DNA of 64,000 nucleotides from contig JBEKKP010000008.1 in assembly GCA_050010655.1 (NCBI GenBank), positions 2,623 through 66,622 of the forward strand. Direction: 5' to 3'. The translations under genes were made by a program, and so were the position numbers. The notes beneath the pieces were generated by a model. That model made no database searches. It saw only the letters and a program-made list of their open reading frames with translations, and was not told the origin of the DNA. This DNA comes from Candidatus Dormibacteria bacterium (GTDB lineage: Bacteria > Chloroflexota > Dormibacteria > Aeolococcales > Aeolococcaceae). Positions 10,158-20,379 of the stretch are shown in pieces (position 1 is the stretch's first letter; every line of letters begins with the position of its first letter).

Positions 10158-11528
10158 GTGGAGTACGTCGAGAGCATCCTCGACCTGGTCGGCAACACCC
10201 CGTTGGTCCGGCTGAGCAAGGTCACCGAGGGGCTCCGTCCTCTCATCCTGGCCAAGCTCGAACAGCTCAACCCGGGAGGGAGCGTGAAAGACCGGATCGG
10301 CCTGTCCATGCTCGAGGACGCCGAACGGCGCGGACTGCTGCGCCCGGGTGGCACGGTGATCGAGCCGACGTCCGGCAACACGGGCCACGGGCTCGCCATG
10401 GCCGCGGCGATCAAGGGCTACAAGATGATCTTCGTGATGCCCGACAAGATGTCGGCAGAGAAGATCGCCTTGCTCCGCGCGTACGGCGCGGAGGTCGTGA
10501 TCTGCCCCACCAACGTGGAGCGGGAATCACCCCAGTCGTACTACTCCGTTGCCGAGCGCCTCACCCGCGAGATCCCTGGCGCGTTCCAGCCGAACCAGTA
10601 CTTCAACCCGCGCAACCCCGAGGCGCACTACCGAACCACCGGACCGGAAATCTGGCGGCAGACGGACGGCCGCATCACCACGTTCGTCGCGGGCGTGGGC
10701 ACCGGGGGCACGATCAGTGGCGTCGGCAAGTACCTCAAGGAGCAGAACCCCGCCGTTCGGGTGGTCGGCGCCGATCCGGAGGGCTCGATCTTCAGCGGCG
10801 AGATCGCGCCATACAAGGTCGAAGGCGTCGGTGAGGACTTCTGGCCGGGCACCTTCGACCGCGAGATCGTCGACGAGTTCATCCAGGTCACCGACCGCGA
10901 GTGCTTCGTGGCGGCGCGAAAGCTCGCGCGCCAGGAGGGCATCCTGGTCGGCGGCTCGGCCGGCCTCGCTCTGCACGCGGCGATCCAGGTCGCGGTCGAT
11001 TCCAAGCCGGACGACGTCATCGTGGTCCTCCTCCCGGACACCGGCCGCAACTACCTGAGCAAGTTCTTCTCCGACGAGTGGATGCGCCAGAACGGCTACC
11101 TCCAGCGGCTGGTCCCGGCCCGCGTCCGCGAGGTCATCGATTCCCACAGCGACGGCGTGCCCGAGCTGGTCAGCGTCGGTGCGGGCAAGTCGGTGGGCGA
11201 GGCGATCGACCTCATGCAGCAGTACGGGATCTCCCAGCTGCTCGTGACCGAGAATGGCAGCAGCGTCGGCGGCGGCGTGGTGGGCAGCATCCAGGAGAGG
11301 ACGTTGCTCGACCGGATCTACCGCGACCCTTCGGTGGTCACCACGTCCGTGTCCACAGCGATGGACCCGCCCTTTGCGCGAGTGGCCGCCGGCGCCCCGA
11401 TCGAGGAGGCGTTCGAGGCGCTCCTCGGCGGCGAGCCGGCACTGATGATCGTCGAAGGTGAACTGCCGGTCGGCGTCATTACCCGCAGCGACCTGCTGGA
11501 GTTCGTCGCCCGTCGCGGGCGCAGCTGA
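10158..11528 (+). CDS. cbs: cystathionine beta-synthase (PLP fold plus C-terminal CBS-domain pair)
   Basis: LVGNTPLVRL, GGSVKDRIG, TSGNTGHGLA; C-terminal tandem CBS domains; GTG start. Confidence 0.8.
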   Translation: MEYVESILDLVGNTPLVRLSKVTEGLRPLILAKLEQLNPGGSVKDRIGLSMLEDAERRGLLRPGGTVIEPTSGNTGHGLAMAAAIKGYKMIFVMPDKMSAEKIALLRAYGAEVVICPTNVERESPQSYYSVAERLTREIPGAFQPNQYFNPRNPEAHYRTTGPEIWRQTDGRITTFVAGVGTGGTISGVGKYLKEQNPAVRVVGADPEGSIFSGEIAPYKVEGVGEDFWPGTFDREIVDEFIQVTDRECFVAARKLARQEGILVGGSAGLALHAAIQVAVDSKPDDVIVVLLPDTGRNYLSKFFSDEWMRQNGYLQRLVPARVREVIDSHSDGVPELVSVGAGKSVGEAIDLMQQYGISQLLVTENGSSVGGGVVGSIQERTLLDRIYRDPSVVTTSVSTAMDPPFARVAAGAPIEEAFEALLGGEPALMIVEGELPVGVITRSDLLEFVARRGRS

Positions 11529-11533
11529 CCGCC

Positions 11534-12688
11534 ATGGACCACAAGAAGCACCTCGGTCTGGCGACGCGCGCCCTGCATGTCGGGCAGGGACCGGATCCAG
11601 CGACCGGTGCCGTGGTCGTCCCGATCCATCTCGCCACGACCTTTGCGCAGGAGTCTCCCGGCAGGCACAAGGGATACGAGTATTCGCGCTCCGGCAACCC
11701 GACACGCAGCAACCTCGAGGAGTGCCTTGCGTCGCTCGAGGGAGCGCGGCACGGCCTCGCCTTCTCGTCGGGCCTCGCCGCGACGACCACGGTGATGCTG
11801 CTGCTCGATCCCGGTGATCACGTGGTCTTCACCGAGGACGTGTACGGTGGCACGTTCCGGCTCTTCGACAAGGTCTTCCAGCGCTACGGCCTCAGCTTCA
11901 CGGCGGTGGATCCGACCGATCCCGATGCGATAGCGGCCGCGATGACCGACCGCACGCGGCTGGTCTGGCTCGAGTCCCCCACCAATCCGCTCCTGCACGT
12001 CGTCGACCTCGATGCGGTGAGCGAGCTTGTCCACGGCGCCCACGCGCTCGTCGCGGTGGACAGCACGTTCGCCAGCCCGGTGTTGCAGCGTCCGCTCGAG
12101 CTCGGCGCCGACCTCGTCATCCACAGCTCGACGAAGTTTCTCGGCGGCCACAGCGATGTGCTTGGTGGCGCGGTGCTCACCTCGGACGACGAACTCGCCG
12201 AGCAGCTGCGCTTCCATCAGAACGCCGTCGGCGCGGTGCCATCGCCGTTCGATTGCTGGCTGCTGTTGCGCGGCCTCAAGACACTGCAACTTCGGGTGAT
12301 CCGGCAATGCGAGAACGCGCTTGCGATTGCGCGCTGGCTCGAAGGTCAGGACGCCGTGACGCGCGTCTACTACCCAGGGCTCGAGAGCAATCCGGGACAC
12401 GCGCTGGCGCACCGCCAGATGGGCGGATACTACGGCGGCGTGGTGTCGTTCGAGGTGTCGTCGGGCGCTGCTGCACTGTCGTTTCTCGAACGACTGCGCG
12501 TGTTCACGCTCGCCGAGTCACTCGGTGCAGTGGAGTCCCTCGCGGAGAGCCCGGCCCTGATGACCCACGCATCGATACCTGAGGAGACCCGAACCCGGGT
12601 CGGCGTCAGCGACGGGCTGGTGCGCCTGTCCGTCGGTATTGAGGACGTCGATGACTTGACGGCCGACCTGGAGCAGGCGCTGGCGTAG
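11534..12688 (+). CDS. cystathionine gamma-lyase/synthase family PLP enzyme
   Basis: Cys/Met-metabolism PLP family motifs; [10 protein letters not shown] lysine region; ends [17 protein letters not shown]. Confidence 0.8.
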   Translation: MDHKKHLGLATRALHVGQGPDPATGAVVVPIHLATTFAQESPGRHKGYEYSRSGNPTRSNLEECLASLEGARHGLAFSSGLAATTTVMLLLDPGDHVVFTEDVYGGTFRLFDKVFQRYGLSFTAVDPTDPDAIAAAMTDRTRLVWLESPTNPLLHVVDLDAVSELVHGAHALVAVDSTFASPVLQRPLELGADLVIHSSTKFLGGHSDVLGGAVLTSDDELAEQLRFHQNAVGAVPSPFDCWLLLRGLKTLQLRVIRQCENALAIARWLEGQDAVTRVYYPGLESNPGHALAHRQMGGYYGGVVSFEVSSGAAALSFLERLRVFTLAESLGAVESLAESPALMTHASIPEETRTRVGVSDGLVRLSVGIEDVDDLTADLEQALA

Positions 12689-13862
12689 CCGTCTCGCGCG
12701 GCGGTGCACCGAGCTTCCACTCACCGGTGGTGAGCAGAAGCGTGCCATCGATCTCCGGAAGTGCAGGCGCACCGAGGCGGCGCAGCTTGCGCCACTGTTC
12801 GCCGTCCTCCTCGCTGAGGAACGTGATCGCCTTGCCCTCGTTGCCGTTTCGCGCGGTGCGACCCACGCGGTGCGTGAGCCACTGCGGCGTCTCCGGCAGC
12901 TCGAAGTTGATGACCAGTCCGACGTTCACGACGTCGATGCCTCGTGCCGCGACGTTGGTTGCGACCAGCACTTCCGTGCGATTCGCGCGGAAGGAATCGA
13001 GCGCACGGTCGCGTGCGTTCTGCGAAAGGTTGCCTTGCAACTCGCCCGCCGTGTGACCCATGCGAAGCAGGTCGCGCACAAGCTTCTTGGCACCGTGCTT
13101 GGTGCGATGAAACACGATCGTCTGGTTCAGCTCGGCTGCACTCTGGCGGCGCAGGAGGCGTGAGAGCGCGTCGATCTTCTGCGACTTGATGACGTTCATC
13201 ACGCCGTGTTCGAGCGCTGGAACCTGCTCGTTGACGACCCGCACGCGGGCCGGCTCGTACAGATGCTTCGTGATCATCCGCTGCACCCAGTCGGGCATCG
13301 TCGCCGAGGCGAGGACCGTCTGACGGCGGGCGCTGCTGTTCGATGTGGGGCACATCGAGATGATCTTCTCGACGTCCTTTGCGAAGCCCTGGTCGAGCAT
13401 CTCGTCGGCTTCATCGAGCACCAGGTACTCGATGTCACGCAGTCGCGCGAGACCGTTGCTGGCGAGGTCGAGGAGCCGTCCGGGACATCCAACGATCACG
13501 TCGGGCGCATTGCGAAGTCCGCCGGTTTGTGGGCCGTATCCGACGCCACCGATGCAGATCACTGTGCGCAGCGCGGGGTCGACCTTGCGGATCACCGCGT
13601 TGACCTGGGTGGCCAGTTCGCGGGTTGGGGTGACGATCAGCGCTCTCGCGCCGTGACCCTGATGTCCGGCCAACCGCTCGACCAGTGGAACGACGTACGC
13701 GAGAGTCTTTCCAGACCCGGTCGGCGCCTCGATCACGCAGTCCTGGCGTGCCAGCAGCGGCGGAATCGCCTCCTGCTGGACCGTGTTCGGCTCTGTGAAA
13801 CCGCTCTGACCGAGAGCGGCGGACGTGCGCGGACGCACGCCGATGGATTCAAACGTTGTCAC
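12606..13862 (-). CDS. DEAD-box ATP-dependent RNA helicase with basic C-terminal tail
   Basis: APTGSGKT, VLDEADEM, HRVGRTAR motifs; 3' end overlaps the convergent lyase gene by 83 nt. Confidence 0.8.
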   Translation of the reverse strand: MTTFESIGVRPRTSAALGQSGFTEPNTVQQEAIPPLLARQDCVIEAPTGSGKTLAYVVPLVERLAGHQGHGARALIVTPTRELATQVNAVIRKVDPALRTVICIGGVGYGPQTGGLRNAPDVIVGCPGRLLDLASNGLARLRDIEYLVLDEADEMLDQGFAKDVEKIISMCPTSNSSARRQTVLASATMPDWVQRMITKHLYEPARVRVVNEQVPALEHGVMNVIKSQKIDALSRLLRRQSAAELNQTIVFHRTKHGAKKLVRDLLRMGHTAGELQGNLSQNARDRALDSFRANRTEVLVATNVAARGIDVVNVGLVINFELPETPQWLTHRVGRTARNGNEGKAITFLSEEDGEQWRKLRRLGAPALPEIDGTLLLTTGEWKLGAPPRETATPAPAPGRPSSHRRPQYRRTGAPARR

Positions 13863-14091
13863 CGTGTTACCTCGGGACCCGGATCATTCCCGTTGTCCCA
13901 GAATCCCCTCGCTGGAATGTCGTGTGCCGGATTCTTGAGACCCGCCAGCTGACTGACGGAGAGAGGGTTCACCAAGAGGCATGGCTCGCCGATGCGCGAG
14001 CACTTGCCTCGACAGTACCACAGGTTGGTGCAAAGCCCGCGTGACGGGAATCAGGCGGTTTGGAACGCTCTGGTGTATATCCTCGCCTTGA

Positions 14092-16773
14092 ATGACGTTC
14101 GACGCCTTCCTTCATCAGCTTCCCGACGCGGACTCGGCAGAGACCGGCGAGTGGCTCGAGTCCCTCGACGCGCTGGTCGCCTCAGAGGGCACGGTCCGGG
14201 CCCGCTTTGTCATCGGCAAGCTCCTCGAGCGTGCCCGTCGCCTCCAGGTCCCGGTGCCGTCGCTGGTGTCGACGCCGTACATCAACACGATCCCGCCGGA
14301 TGAGGAACCGTGGTTCCCCGGCGACGAGGAGATGGAGCGGCGCATCCGCCGAATCGTCCGCTGGAATGCGGCAGTCATGGTCACGAGAGCCAACAAGCGA
14401 AGTGACGGCATCGGCGGCCATCTCTCCACGTATGCGTCGGCGGCGTCGCTCTACGAGGTGGGCTTCAACCACTTCTTCCGCGGCAAGGACGATGGCAACT
14501 CGGGCGACCAGATCTATTACCAGGGGCACGCCGCTCCCGGGATGTACTCGCACGCGTATCTCGAGGGCCGGATCACCGAGGCGCAGATGGACAACTTCCG
14601 TCAGGAGACCGGCGGCAACGGGTTGAGCTCCTATCCCCACCCGCGCCTCATGCCGGAGTTCTGGGAGTTCCCGACGGTGTCGATGGGGCTCGGGCCGCTC
14701 AACTCGATCTACCAGGCGCGGTTCAACCGCTATCTGTACAACCGGCACATCGCCGACACCAGCGAGAGCCACGTGTGGTGCTTCCTCGGCGACGGCGAGT
14801 GTGATGAGCCGGAGACGCTCGGCGCGCTGTCGCTCGCGGCACGCGAACAGCTCGACAACCTCACGTTTGTCGTCAACTGCAACCTGCAACGTCTCGACGG
14901 GCCGGTGCGCGGCAACGGGAAGGTCATCCAGGAGCTGGAGGGCATCTTCCGCGGCGCCGGCTGGAACGTGATCAAGGTGATCTGGGCTCGCGAGTGGGAC
15001 GAGTTGCTCGCGCGCGACGTGCACGGCGTGCTCGTCGATCAGATGAACCGCGTGCCCGACGGTGAGTTTCAGAAGTACGCGACCGAAAGTGGCGCGTACA
15101 TCCGCGAGCATTTCTTCGGGCCGGATCCGCGCCTGCGCAAGATGGTCGAGCACCTCTCGGATGACGATCTCCGCCATCTGCGTCGTGGTGGTCACGACTA
15201 TCGCAAGGTCTACTCCGCGTACAAGCTCGCGCTCGAACAGCACGGCGCGCCGACCGTCATCCTCGCGCATACGGTCAAGGGATGGACGCTCGGGACGGGC
15301 TTCGAGGCGCGCAACTCGACGCATCAGATCAAGAAGATCGGTGAAGCCGAGTTGCGCGCGTTCCGCGACCTGCTCGAGCTGCCGATCAGCGACAAGAAGC
15401 TCTCCGACGCCAAGCCGCCGTACTACCACCCCGGCGCTGAATCGGACGAGGTCGAGTACCTGCTGATGCGCCGCCGCGCGCTCGGCGGCATGTTGCCGCG
15501 CAGAGTCGTCCGCTCCAAGCCGCTCGAACTGCCGGGAGAGGCGCTCTATTCGGAGTTCATCACCGGCAGCGGGACGCGCGCGGCTTCAACAACCATGGTG
15601 TTCGCAGGGCTGTTGCGCAACCTCTTGCGCGACCCGGGTGTCGGCAACCGCATCGTTCCGATCATTCCGGACGAAGCGCGCACGTTCGGCATGGACGCCT
15701 TGTTCAGCGAGGTGAAGATCTACGCGCCGTTCGGGCAGCGCTACGAGCCCGTCGACGCGGGAATGGTGCTCAGCTACCGCGAAGCGGTTGACGGGCAGAT
15801 TCTCGAGGAAGGCATCACCGAAGCCGGCTCGATGGGCAGCTTCACCGCTGCGGGAACGGCGTACGCAACGCACGGTCAGGCGGTGATCCCGTTCTACATC
15901 TACTACTCGATGTTCGGGTATCAGCGAGTCGGTGACCTCATCTGGGCCTTCGGCGACTCGCGTGGCCGCGGCTTCATGCTCGGAGGCACCGCGGGACGCA
16001 CGACGCTGAACGGCGAGGGGCTGCAGCACGAGGATGGACATTCGCCGCTGCTGTTCAGCGCCATCCCGAACGTGAAGATCTACGACCCTGCGTTCGCGTA
16101 TGAACTCGCTACCGTGATCCGTGACGGCATGCGGCGCATGTATGTCGACGGCGAGGACATCTTCTACTACATCACGCTGTACAACGAGAACTACCCGATG
16201 CCGCCGATGCCGGAGGGCAGCGAGGACGGCATCCTGCGCGGGCTCTACCTGTACAAGGCGGCGGAAGGCGAGCGCACGCACCGCGCGCGCATTCTCGCAA
16301 GCGGGAGCGCCGTCAATGCCGCGCTCGAGGCACAGGCGATGCTGCTCGAGCAGCACGACGTCGCAGCCGAGGTGTGGAGCGCCACGAGCTACCAGTTGCT
16401 GCGTCAGGACGCGCTCGATGTCGAGCGCTGGAACCGGCTGCATCCCGACGCCGAACCGCGCGTCGCGTATGTGGACGAGCAACTCGGCCCCGACGGCGGG
16501 CCGATCGTGGCGGTGACCGATTACCTGAAAGCTGTGCCCGATCAGATCGGACGTTTCGTGCAGGCACCGTTCATCCCGCTCGGCACCGACGGCTATGGAC
16601 GGAGCGACACACGCGTGGCGCTGCGCCGCCATTTCGAGGTCGACGCAAGCTCGATTTCCGTGGCCGTGCTCGACGGGCTCATGCAGCAGGAGCAGATCCC
16701 CCGCCATGTGGTTGCCGCGGCGATCGAGCATTACGGGCTCGACACCGAGCTCGTCGATCCGCGCTACCGCTGA
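14092..16773 (+). CDS. aceE: pyruvate dehydrogenase E1 component, homodimeric type
   Basis: 893 aa with a typical AceE N-terminus and a ThDP-binding region (GDGECDEPE). Confidence 0.85.
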   Translation: MTFDAFLHQLPDADSAETGEWLESLDALVASEGTVRARFVIGKLLERARRLQVPVPSLVSTPYINTIPPDEEPWFPGDEEMERRIRRIVRWNAAVMVTRANKRSDGIGGHLSTYASAASLYEVGFNHFFRGKDDGNSGDQIYYQGHAAPGMYSHAYLEGRITEAQMDNFRQETGGNGLSSYPHPRLMPEFWEFPTVSMGLGPLNSIYQARFNRYLYNRHIADTSESHVWCFLGDGECDEPETLGALSLAAREQLDNLTFVVNCNLQRLDGPVRGNGKVIQELEGIFRGAGWNVIKVIWAREWDELLARDVHGVLVDQMNRVPDGEFQKYATESGAYIREHFFGPDPRLRKMVEHLSDDDLRHLRRGGHDYRKVYSAYKLALEQHGAPTVILAHTVKGWTLGTGFEARNSTHQIKKIGEAELRAFRDLLELPISDKKLSDAKPPYYHPGAESDEVEYLLMRRRALGGMLPRRVVRSKPLELPGEALYSEFITGSGTRAASTTMVFAGLLRNLLRDPGVGNRIVPIIPDEARTFGMDALFSEVKIYAPFGQRYEPVDAGMVLSYREAVDGQILEEGITEAGSMGSFTAAGTAYATHGQAVIPFYIYYSMFGYQRVGDLIWAFGDSRGRGFMLGGTAGRTTLNGEGLQHEDGHSPLLFSAIPNVKIYDPAFAYELATVIRDGMRRMYVDGEDIFYYITLYNENYPMPPMPEGSEDGILRGLYLYKAAEGERTHRARILASGSAVNAALEAQAMLLEQHDVAAEVWSATSYQLLRQDALDVERWNRLHPDAEPRVAYVDEQLGPDGGPIVAVTDYLKAVPDQIGRFVQAPFIPLGTDGYGRSDTRVALRRHFEVDASSISVAVLDGLMQQEQIPRHVVAAAIEHYGLDTELVDPRYR

Positions 16774-16780
16774 GCCGGTC

Positions 16781-18154
16781 TCAGGCTCCGGAGAACGCGA
16801 GGGAATTGCGTTCCGTGTACACGGCACCTCCTGGCGCGGGCCGCGAATCGAACAGTACGAGCCGTCGCGCGGTGAACCGAATCTCCGTCTGATTCGCGGC
16901 CGCAGTCACCCACTCTCCCCAGGCGGAGCGCGCGTTGTCACTCCATGGCAGTCGCGGTCTGCCGAGCGTGCAGTGCGCGTGATACCGGCGACTCTCGACC
17001 TCGAAGCCCGCTCCATCGAGCACGGTGCGACACTCGAGCGCAAGCGCGGTCAGGGGTGCGATGTCGCGCGCAGGACCGAGCCACAGCACGCGAGGGATCG
17101 CGTGTGCCGGAAATGCGCCGAGCCGGTCCAGGACGACATCGAAGGGTGATGTCCGACCCGCAACGGGTTGCACCGCATCGAGTGCGGCGTCTGCTCGAGC
17201 CTCCTCGATTGCTCCGAAGAAATGGACCGTGAGGTGAAGCGTCTCGGGACGCGCCCACCGAACGTCCGGGATGCGCGCCCGCAATTCGTTCTGCAGCGCT
17301 TTCGCCGCGGTCAATCCGGGCTCAGCGAGAGGAACTGCGAGAAAGCACCTCACCCAGCCGGTTTTGCCGTGGTGGTCATCCATCACGGAATAGGGCGTTG
17401 GCGCAGCGATCAGGATGTGCCGCACGCTCCATCCTTTGGTGGACTCCGCGTACAGCATCACGATGTCGTAGCCACCGGCATCGTGCACCGGCGTCGTCGT
17501 GTACTTGCCGACGGCCAGTGCCTTTACCGCGGCACTGAAGGCCGGGTCATACGTGGCGAGGTTGGCGGTGGTGAGCAGGCCGAGGTCGCCGCCCTTTGTG
17601 TTGGTCCCGGTGTCGTCCGACCATGTCTTCGCCGTCGTCTCGAAGTTCGCACCCGTGGCGAGGATCTTCTCGACCTGGACTGCGCGCTCCTCCGCGAAAA
17701 GGTTCTCGACACGCTGCTCGTTGAGGTCGGAGCTGATCTCATCCTGGAGCTGCGCGATGGACCCTCCCGCGCCTGCCAGCTCTGTCTTCAGCGCAGCCAT
17801 GCCGCCCGCCTGCTGCGCATCGGTGTCGACCTGCGCCTGGATCTCGGCAGGCGTCGCCTCGAGGTTGAACTTGACCGCCTCCTCTCGGATCACGGCGTCG
17901 ATGATCAGGCTGCGCAGGATGTCGGCGCGGAGTGCGGTGGTCTGCGCTGGGTCCTCTAGCGGACCACCGCCCTGCTCGATGCTCACGATCGTCGTCTGAT
18001 AACGAACGTTGAACTGCGCCAGCGTGATGCTCTCGTCGCCGACTCGCGCGATGACAGGAGACGGTTTGGGTGGAGCCGTGGAAGTGGACCCGCAGGCGAC
18101 CACGGCGAGTGCGCACGCGGCAATGCATGCCACCCTGCCCCTTGGTTGGAACAT
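16781..18154 (-). CDS. lipoprotein SurA-N/parvulin PPIase fused in frame to an RNA 2',3'-cyclic phosphodiesterase (ThpR/LigT) domain
   Basis: Signal peptide plus lipobox (VVAC). Parvulin block (KGGDLGLL..GGYDIVML). Residues ~268-457 carry the two HxT/Sx motifs of 2H phosphoesterases (HLTVHFFG, HCTLGR). There is no stop codon between the two domains, and an internal GTG sits at ~17353. Confidence 0.7.
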   Translation of the reverse strand: MFQPRGRVACIAACALAVVACGSTSTAPPKPSPVIARVGDESITLAQFNVRYQTTIVSIEQGGGPLEDPAQTTALRADILRSLIIDAVIREEAVKFNLEATPAEIQAQVDTDAQQAGGMAALKTELAGAGGSIAQLQDEISSDLNEQRVENLFAEERAVQVEKILATGANFETTAKTWSDDTGTNTKGGDLGLLTTANLATYDPAFSAAVKALAVGKYTTTPVHDAGGYDIVMLYAESTKGWSVRHILIAAPTPYSVMDDHHGKTGWVRCFLAVPLAEPGLTAAKALQNELRARIPDVRWARPETLHLTVHFFGAIEEARADAALDAVQPVAGRTSPFDVVLDRLGAFPAHAIPRVLWLGPARDIAPLTALALECRTVLDGAGFEVESRRYHAHCTLGRPRLPWSDNARSAWGEWVTAAANQTEIRFTARRLVLFDSRPAPGGAVYTERNSLAFSGA

Positions 18155-18156
18155 CC

Positions 18157-19455
18157 TCAGGCCAGTGTATCCGGGGCCGCGGCGGGTCCGGCTCGGCCGG
18201 TGGTCAGCCCGCTCACTCGGGCCCGGAACGACGGCGTGGCCACGACCGCCACCGTGGTTGCCCCGACCAGGAGCGCGCCGACCCCGACGGCATTGAACAG
18301 CCCGATGGATTTGGGCACCAATCCGTAGAAGACCGTGCCCAGTGGCTGCAGCCCAGCGAAGATCGTCGCGTAGATGCCGAGCAGGCGCCCTCGCAGAGCT
18401 GGGTCGGTGTCCGTCTGCAGCAACGTGGTCATCGACGTGCTGACGGCCACGAACGCGAAGCTGATGCCCACCAAAGCCGGCAACGTGACCCAGAGTGCGG
18501 TGCCGTGGGCCACCGCGAACAGGCTCGCTGCGTACACGATGCCGCCCACGAGCATGAGTTGCAGCCGGCCGGCCCCTCGTCCCATGGACGCGATCGCGAG
18601 CCCACCCACCAGGCCGCCGATGCCACCGACGCTGTACATGATGCCGAGCGCCTCGGGCCCGACATGCAGCTGCGTTTTCGCCAGAACTGGCAGAAAAGGC
18701 ATGTACGAGACGCCGCAGAACGCGAGAACTGCGGCCACGATCACGACACCGCGAACAAGCGGGTCGGCGGCAGCGACGCGGAGCCCTGCGACGAGCTCAC
18801 CCCACGCGGTGGCACCGGCCGCCCGCGGGAGTGGCACGACATCGGGGATCACCGTCAGCAGCACGACAATCGGGGCGAGGTACGCGACCGAGAGAAAGCC
18901 GAAGCACACAGCAGGGCCGGCGAAGCCGATGAGCAGGCCCGCAACAGACGGCCCGACGATCCTCGTTGCACTCATGGCTGTTGCTCCGAGAGCGACGGCA
19001 TTGACGACGAGGTGGCGATCCACCAGGTCAGCGACGAGCGCCTGGCGAGTCGGAAGATCGGCGGCGTCGGTGGCGCCGAACACGATCGCCACGATGAGGA
19101 TCGCCGTGAAACTCGCGTGTCCCGTCGCGACGAGGATCGCAAGCGAACCGGCGCTCAGGCCGAGCAGCGTTTGCGTGACCAGCAGAATGCGCCGGCGCGG
19201 AAGCCGGTCGGCCAGCACACCGCCGGCGAGCGAGAGGATCACCGACGGAATGCCATCCGCAGCCGCGACGACGGCCACAGCGGTGGTGCTGCCGGTGCGC
19301 TGATACACGAGATAGCCGAGCGCCACCACCTGCATCCAGGTTCCCAGCAGCGTCGGCCATTGCGCCGCCCAGTACCAGCGGAACGGTCGAACCCGAAGCG
19401 CCGGCGGCGGCCATCGGCGTTCGGTGGTCGCCGCCGGTTCAGGCGTCGGCGTCAC
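18157..19455 (-). CDS. MFS transporter (EntS/DHA3-like)
   Basis: 432 aa with 12 predicted TM segments and an MFS signature (GGVLADRLPRRR); stop abuts the start of the downstream lipoprotein gene. Confidence 0.75.
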   Translation of the reverse strand: MTPTPEPAATTERRWPPPALRVRPFRWYWAAQWPTLLGTWMQVVALGYLVYQRTGSTTAVAVVAAADGIPSVILSLAGGVLADRLPRRRILLVTQTLLGLSAGSLAILVATGHASFTAILIVAIVFGATDAADLPTRQALVADLVDRHLVVNAVALGATAMSATRIVGPSVAGLLIGFAGPAVCFGFLSVAYLAPIVVLLTVIPDVVPLPRAAGATAWGELVAGLRVAAADPLVRGVVIVAAVLAFCGVSYMPFLPVLAKTQLHVGPEALGIMYSVGGIGGLVGGLAIASMGRGAGRLQLMLVGGIVYAASLFAVAHGTALWVTLPALVGISFAFVAVSTSMTTLLQTDTDPALRGRLLGIYATIFAGLQPLGTVFYGLVPKSIGLFNAVGVGALLVGATTVAVVATPSFRARVSGLTTGRAGPAAAPDTLA

Positions 19456-20188
19456 CCCCGAGCGACATGTGCACGCTGGTGGATGTCCGCTCGAACCCGG
19501 CGTTGCGATACGCCCCGTCGGCTCCCGGTGCGGCTTCGAGGAATACGGTTGTCAGGCCGGCTGCGAATGCCTGATGCGTGAGCATCGACACCATCGTCGC
19601 GGCAAGCCCGCGCCGCCGGTGCGACGCCGCGACAGCGACCCCTACCAACTCCGTCGCACCGCCCGCCGGCACGCCCGCTTGCGCGGCACCTACCATCCGG
19701 CGAGTGTGGGCGTCGACGCAGACCAGTGCACGCGCACCGCGACTCAGGGAGCCGCGCAACCGGGCGACGGTGCGATCGTCGACCGTTTCGGTCTCCCCGA
19801 AGGCGTCATGTTGGAGGCGGGCCATCTCCAGCAGTTCGACGTCGTCCGAGGGCGCCTGCACCAGAATTCCTTCCGGCGGCGTGAGGTCACGAAGCGTCCG
19901 AGTCGTGCAGGTCATCAGCGGAAGACGGTCCTCGACGGTCCACCCATGCGAGGCCAGCACGGGTTCGAGGGCTGGTGCCACTGATGGCAGGAACTCCACA
20001 CGCGGCAGTCGGTCGGCAGTCCGGAACGCGGCGACCAGCAAGGCAACCGCCGCGTCGTCCGGATCCGCTCCGTCATCGGGAATACCGTAGTTGAGAAAAC
20101 GCAGCCGGGTCACGTCGGTCAGCAACAGCGCGAACGGCCCGACTCGCGGCAGCATGCTCGCTTTTCTCGACTCGCGGATGAAAGCCAT
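19439..20188 (-). CDS. GNAT family N-acetyltransferase
   Basis: Acetyl-CoA binding motif (VAVAASHRRRGLAATMV); internal ATG chosen as start (MAFIRES) because the long N-terminal extension is Pro/Arg-rich. Confidence 0.55.
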   Translation of the reverse strand: MAFIRESRKASMLPRVGPFALLLTDVTRLRFLNYGIPDDGADPDDAAVALLVAAFRTADRLPRVEFLPSVAPALEPVLASHGWTVEDRLPLMTCTTRTLRDLTPPEGILVQAPSDDVELLEMARLQHDAFGETETVDDRTVARLRGSLSRGARALVCVDAHTRRMVGAAQAGVPAGGATELVGVAVAASHRRRGLAATMVSMLTHQAFAAGLTTVFLEAAPGADGAYRNAGFERTSTSVHMSLGGDADA

Positions 20189-20379
20189 GATCGCGCGGTC
20201 GGCGTCCGTGTCCGGGATGGGTTCGGTGGCCTCCCGCGTCACGCCCCTGCCCCATCTTGAGCGCCGGCTCGTCGCAGTCCCAGGCATAGCAGGGGCAACG
20301 GAAGGAACTGGGGCACGACTCCATTGTGCTGCGACCACGGCTCGCGGCGGCGCTGGGCAGGGTGGCACGATGAAGGGCG

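Noticed and set aside
10028-10834. 268-aa Arg-rich plus-strand ORF overlapping cbs in another frame
   Set aside because: cbs has strong homology in its own frame. The alternative frame has a non-protein-like composition.
13863-14091. Possible sigma70 promoter (TTGGAA..TATATC) upstream of aceE
   Set aside because: The spacing does not fit a canonical -35/-10 pair, and the leader would be implausibly short. Left unannotated.
18070-19581. 503-aa plus-strand ORF
   Set aside because: Antisense to the MFS transporter gene. Its Arg/His-rich composition is non-protein-like.
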